Shown one piece after another: positions 28,539 through 32,000 of a DNA stretch of 32,000 nt. The notes under the pieces are model-generated. The model was given only the letters and a program-made list of their open reading frames with translations. It had not been told where the DNA came from and ran no database searches. This DNA is from Candidatus Brocadia sp. (lineage in GTDB: Bacteria > Planctomycetota > Brocadiia > Brocadiales > Brocadiaceae), in NCBI GenBank assembly GCA_021650915.1, contig CP091279.1:2400001-2432000 (forward strand), in the 5' to 3' direction. Made by a program: the position numbers and the translations under genes. Positions within the stretch are counted from its first letter, which is position 1. The number at the start of each line of letters is the position of its first letter.

Positions 28539-29510
28539 TTATTGCCAGGCCACTCTTTCCAGTGTTACAGGATGCCACTGAATAGAGATATTCTTTTGCC
28601 CATTCCTATCTTGTTCTCCGCCATTCCATACTGCAATATTGAAATAGCTCGTCCCGCCAGGCACAAACTGCACGTCATGTGGATCATTGGTAATTAAAGG
28701 ACGATAGAAAATCACCGTCCATGCCCCGTCTTCGTACTTGCTGCATCCATTTACGTCCTGGTGATCCTGGGTGGTCAACGTACCAAAACCCTCTGCATTT
28801 AAATCCTCTACCGACCTTCCCCTCCACGGCTGAGAAAGCAAATTATTCGCAGCCCTTCCACCCGACAAAACCTCAACGCTTGTTATGAGCTCCCGGTGAT
28901 AATATGCACTGTAGGGATTCAGGTTAAAGTCATCATGCATATTGGGATACTGCGCCTCTACGTCTTCCAACTCGCCCTTTACCAGCAAATCCGCTTCCCA
29001 GTCTGCCTTCCAATGCCAAAGGTTTGTTGGCTTTTCCCGGTCGCCCATTCTTGGACTGAAATGTTCTGCCGGCGTTATCTCAACTGCTCCCAAGGGAAAC
29101 ATCAGCGCCACTGCATCCCTGAATTCCTGAACTGCAATTGCCCGGGCATTCTTTGTCGGATCGCTCCAGGAAACCTTGAAATACACCGTAAGACCATCAT
29201 GAATGGCTCTCACCTCCGCATTTGCTATTGATCCACCGCCATTCGGAAAAGCCTTGTCTTGCTTTTGAAACGGTACGGTTACACCCTTTGCATCATTGAA
29301 AAAAGCGTGTAACGTTTCAACATCCAAATGATACGGCTTACCCACATCCACATATTTTATATTCAACACTTCTTTTGCCGGAATAAATTCCTCATCGCTT
29401 GGCCCTTTTACCCCTGGCGTTTCATCAGCAGCAAATAATACCGTGCTGAGAAAAGCACAACTCAAGAGGGCCACACCATATCTCTTTAAAAACGAATATG
29501 TTTTTTTCAT
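28539..29510 (-). CDS. nxrC: Nitrite oxidoreductase gamma subunit (ethylbenzene-dehydrogenase gamma-like, haem b-binding family)
   Basis: Start taken at ATG 29510, directly after GGAGGGGGGAGA; the ORF-track start 29582 has no RBS. Sec signal MKKTYSFLKRYGVALLSCAFLSTVLFA. EB_dh-like core ..AIHDGLTVYFKVSWSDPTKN...ALMFPLG... Confidence 0.75.
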   Translation of the reverse strand: MKKTYSFLKRYGVALLSCAFLSTVLFAADETPGVKGPSDEEFIPAKEVLNIKYVDVGKPYHLDVETLHAFFNDAKGVTVPFQKQDKAFPNGGGSIANAEVRAIHDGLTVYFKVSWSDPTKNARAIAVQEFRDAVALMFPLGAVEITPAEHFSPRMGDREKPTNLWHWKADWEADLLVKGELEDVEAQYPNMHDDFNLNPYSAYYHRELITSVEVLSGGRAANNLLSQPWRGRSVEDLNAEGFGTLTTQDHQDVNGCSKYEDGAWTVIFYRPLITNDPHDVQFVPGGTSYFNIAVWNGGEQDRNGQKNISIQWHPVTLERVAWQ

Positions 29511-30000
29511 TCTCCCCCCTCCTTCATTATTTCTTAATATAAAAGACGATAAACATATTTTTTGATTATACGATAAATACAAGCAAACCGCTATCTAAAA
29601 ATCCAAGACCTCCTTCCTATCAACCACAGAGATATTATATCCCAATAATCAAATCCCTCCACGACACCTTCAGAAACAATTGCCGAGCTCTATACTTTTG
29701 TAGGCTTCAGATCAAACACTGGCAAACGATATTCCACAAACCAAGGGTTAATATTTGCCAACATGCTTTACCTATTTTTATTCTTTGCAGTATATTACAA
29801 CATTTAGTCTTTTTTGGTGTACGAGGTTGCAGAGCACGCGCATTTCTTTTTTGAAATAGGCGGTGCATGATTGAAACAACCGGAATACCGGGATAAGAAG
29901 GTTGCGAACAGGCAATAATCTCTGATCGTAAACGGCGGGTACCAGGACATTTTGGCTTGAGGGAGAGACTGAGATGTCCATCCAGTTCATAAACCACTTT

Positions 30001-31338
30001 TCAAACACTATGAATCGAGCTGTCACCCATGAATAACGCCTTTGCCTCATCTACAATCTGAGTAGTTATTTCCTGATAACCCTTCTCTTGCGCAAACTCT
30101 TCAATTTTTTTCTTCACTACGCCTCTAACAAAAGAAGGAATCCTCTCGGTTTGTATTTGTGCTTCCTGCGTCCAAACAGGAATTTGTCTTTTTATCTGAT
30201 GCTTGTCGGAAATTTTTTGATCGCTTTTCACTACCCTTGCGAAACCATCTGCGCTATGCGGAGACTCAAGGGTATTCGTTACCGACGCATATTTTTTTTC
30301 GTTTAATGGTCTGTGGAACTCCAAGAATCCATTTGGTTCATTTACCTCAGCCTCTGCATTTCCACCGGTCAGCAGCACATTACATGGCGCCAATCTCAGG
30401 AGATTTTCTGTTGTGCTGCCAAGATCTAAGCCATTGGTATTATGAATCCCGGTACGTCCCACGATCACGGTAGAAGGGTTTTCTTTTTGAAGAAACCGCA
30501 GTATTTTGTCATAAGGTTTGCCCTCCATGAGGACCGTGTCAAGCTCAACGCCAGCATCACTGGCCATTCTGGCTGCCCGATCAAGGTGGTTCTGGTATAT
30601 TTTGGCCAATCCTTTATCAATAATCTCCTCATGAAGCGTTTCCTGCTCCTTAAACCGGAAAATCTGACCCGCTTCCTGAGAAAGCACATTTGCAATACTT
30701 TCAAAAGCAACACGGTGATAATGGGGATCAAATACAGAAACCGCGACAAGTTTTACATTGAACGACTTCGCAAACTGGATAGCGGAAGCAAACCCGGCAA
30801 AGGAAGCTAAACTACCATCTACCGCGACCACCACCTTCCCATCAAAACCGTTATTCTTTACGACAAGAACATCGGTTTTAATACGCCGGACAACCCGTTC
30901 GCAAACACTTCCAATCATTTGTTCATTAACGGCAGCCAAACCAAGCACTCCTAAAATCACCAGATCGTACCGGTTTCTCTGGACTTCGTTTATGATTTCA
31001 TGATAATTTTTTCCCTCTAACAGGAGCTGCTCATGAGGAACTGCCATTTCCATGCATTTTTGTTTAAATACGTTCAGATACGATTCCGAAATCAACTTGA
31101 GCCCCAAATTGATCAGCGAACTATGAAGATCTCGCTGGTGTTGCAAAACATTCTCGTCCTGGTACTGAGGCGGCAATCCCTTTTCCATATCGCGGAAACG
31201 CCGTTGGTGCAAGGCGGCGTCATAGACATGGCACCCCACTAGCAGGGAACCATATTTTTGAGAAAGGGCAACCCCTGCATCGATGCAAAAATTGGAGTAA
31301 CAAGAATTGTCAACGGCAACAAATATTTTTTTATACAT
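30001..31338 (-). CDS. Tandem universal stress protein domains fused to a small ChlB/BchB C-terminal-like (PCP_red-like) domain
   Basis: USP 1: MYKKIFVAVDNS...DLVILGVLG...TDVLVVK. USP 2: KVVVAVDGS...TVIVGRTG...CNVLLT. The C-terminal segment IPVWTQEAQIQTERIPSFVRGVVKKKIEEFAQEKGYQEITTQIVDEAKALF resembles the helical domain at the end of protochlorophyllide reductase subunit B. Confidence 0.75.
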   Translation of the reverse strand: MYKKIFVAVDNSCYSNFCIDAGVALSQKYGSLLVGCHVYDAALHQRRFRDMEKGLPPQYQDENVLQHQRDLHSSLINLGLKLISESYLNVFKQKCMEMAVPHEQLLLEGKNYHEIINEVQRNRYDLVILGVLGLAAVNEQMIGSVCERVVRRIKTDVLVVKNNGFDGKVVVAVDGSLASFAGFASAIQFAKSFNVKLVAVSVFDPHYHRVAFESIANVLSQEAGQIFRFKEQETLHEEIIDKGLAKIYQNHLDRAARMASDAGVELDTVLMEGKPYDKILRFLQKENPSTVIVGRTGIHNTNGLDLGSTTENLLRLAPCNVLLTGGNAEAEVNEPNGFLEFHRPLNEKKYASVTNTLESPHSADGFARVVKSDQKISDKHQIKRQIPVWTQEAQIQTERIPSFVRGVVKKKIEEFAQEKGYQEITTQIVDEAKALFMGDSSIHSV

Positions 31339-31360
31339 AGAAACCTTTTGTTAAAAAAAC

Positions 31361-31930
31361 TTACCCCTTTGGTGATTCATTTCTCAATTTCTTCCATTCG
31401 CTGATCGCACCGCTGGCCAGTGCAATGGTGATTACAGCGATGAAGCCCCAGCGCATCACAGCTTTAACCGGGCTTTCTTTTTCATCGACCGATACGGGTC
31501 CTTTTGCCACAGCAACCGGAGCCGCAGATTCCTGTGTTGCAAGTCCTCGTATATACGCAACCAGCTCCTTGATCTTTTTATCCGTGAGCGTCTTCCCCCA
31601 TGGTGGGCAAAGATTTGACTTATCAACAGACTTCGAACCATCGGTGATAGACTTTATCAGCTGATCATCAGTCCTTTTTTTCATATAGTCGAGATCGGTA
31701 AAGTTTCTCGGTTTTGGTTTCAGATCAATGGTAAAAAACGTTCCATCCCCTTTTCCCTTTAAACCATGACATGGGGAGCAATAATAGTCAAAGGTTTTTT
31801 TCGGTGACAGTAAAAATATCTGATCTCGCGGGGAAACTTCAGCACCGTTTGCCGTTGCAAACCAACCAATTACCCCAAACACAAGAGCTGTGTTTACAGC
31901 AAATTTTTTCCAGCACATAAAATATCCCAT
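31361..31930 (-). CDS. Monohaem c-type cytochrome with a C-terminal membrane anchor
   Basis: N-terminal signal/hydrophobic segment. A single CxxCH (YYCSPCHG). C-terminal TM helix WGFIAVITIALASGAISEW. 189 aa. Confidence 0.75.
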   Translation of the reverse strand: MGYFMCWKKFAVNTALVFGVIGWFATANGAEVSPRDQIFLLSPKKTFDYYCSPCHGLKGKGDGTFFTIDLKPKPRNFTDLDYMKKRTDDQLIKSITDGSKSVDKSNLCPPWGKTLTDKKIKELVAYIRGLATQESAAPVAVAKGPVSVDEKESPVKAVMRWGFIAVITIALASGAISEWKKLRNESPKG

Positions 31931-32000
31931 TATGTTCCCTCTTTCTTCTTCACATGATCCACCAAGAAACCTACCAACTGCTTTAATTCCTCATCTGACA
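31930..32000 (-). CDS. 3' end of an upstream gene (partial); the tail resembles the C-terminus of a c-type cytochrome
   Basis: The minus strand reads ..SDEELKQLVGFLVDHVKKKEGT-TAA. The stop overlaps the next ATG (TAATG at 31928-31932). Only 23 codons are visible, so the function is tentative. Confidence 0.35.
   Translation of the reverse strand, partial: SDEELKQLVGFLVDHVKKKEGT

Noticed and set aside
29511-29582. Upstream start of the nxrC ORF (MYLSYNQKICLSS...)
   Set aside because: There is no RBS. The internal ATG 29510 follows a strong GGAGGGGGGAGA and begins a typical Sec signal peptide.
29707-30050. 96-aa and 90-aa minus-strand ORFs upstream of nxrC
   Set aside because: Basic, Cys-scattered, low-complexity translations without RBS, signal peptide or haem motif. 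One overlaps the USP gene 3' end. I treated them as non-coding leader.
1-32000. Search for CRISPR arrays, tandem repeats, tRNA, rRNA, tmRNA, RNase P or SRP RNA
   Set aside because: No regularly spaced direct repeats were seen by eye in any intergenic region. Nor were tRNA-like GTTCGAATC/TAGCTCAG boxes or other conserved RNA signatures. The only GGTTC-containing structured RNA is intron domain V.

Overview
The gene order of a nitrite oxidoreductase cluster suggests this is chromosomal DNA from an anammox-type planctomycete or a close relative; that placement is an inference. Layout: (1) 1-2.6 kb is an accessory patch. It holds the 3' part of a decayed group II intron whose RT gene is split by a 102-bp MITE-like insert, then a HEPN/MNT pair whose MNT frame runs into a urea transporter. 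(2) 2.6-11.5 kb is a plus-strand housekeeping run: truD, ROK glucokinase, lepA, an unusually Cys-rich lepB, lptB and an MsbA-like ABC exporter. (3) 11.5-14.7 kb is an IS nest. An IS630-family transposase with an A8 -1 slippery site is truncated by a degenerate IS1634-like element. (4) 14.9-21.0 kb is a minus-strand operon: ispG-dxr-rseP-FHA/GAF/sigma54 activator. (5) 21.2-29.5 kb is a minus-strand periplasmic-type NXR operon: nxrC, nxrB, a TorD-like chaperone, an uncharacterised HExxH/zinc-ribbon protein, nxrA and a cupredoxin. (6) 30-32 kb holds a tandem-USP fusion protein and c-type cytochromes. I saw no rRNA, tRNA or CRISPR array. The most interesting unexplained items are the HExxH protein translationally coupled to the chaperone inside the nxr operon, the accessory redox and USP genes around it, the MITE, and the zinc-ribbon-like insertions in LepB.
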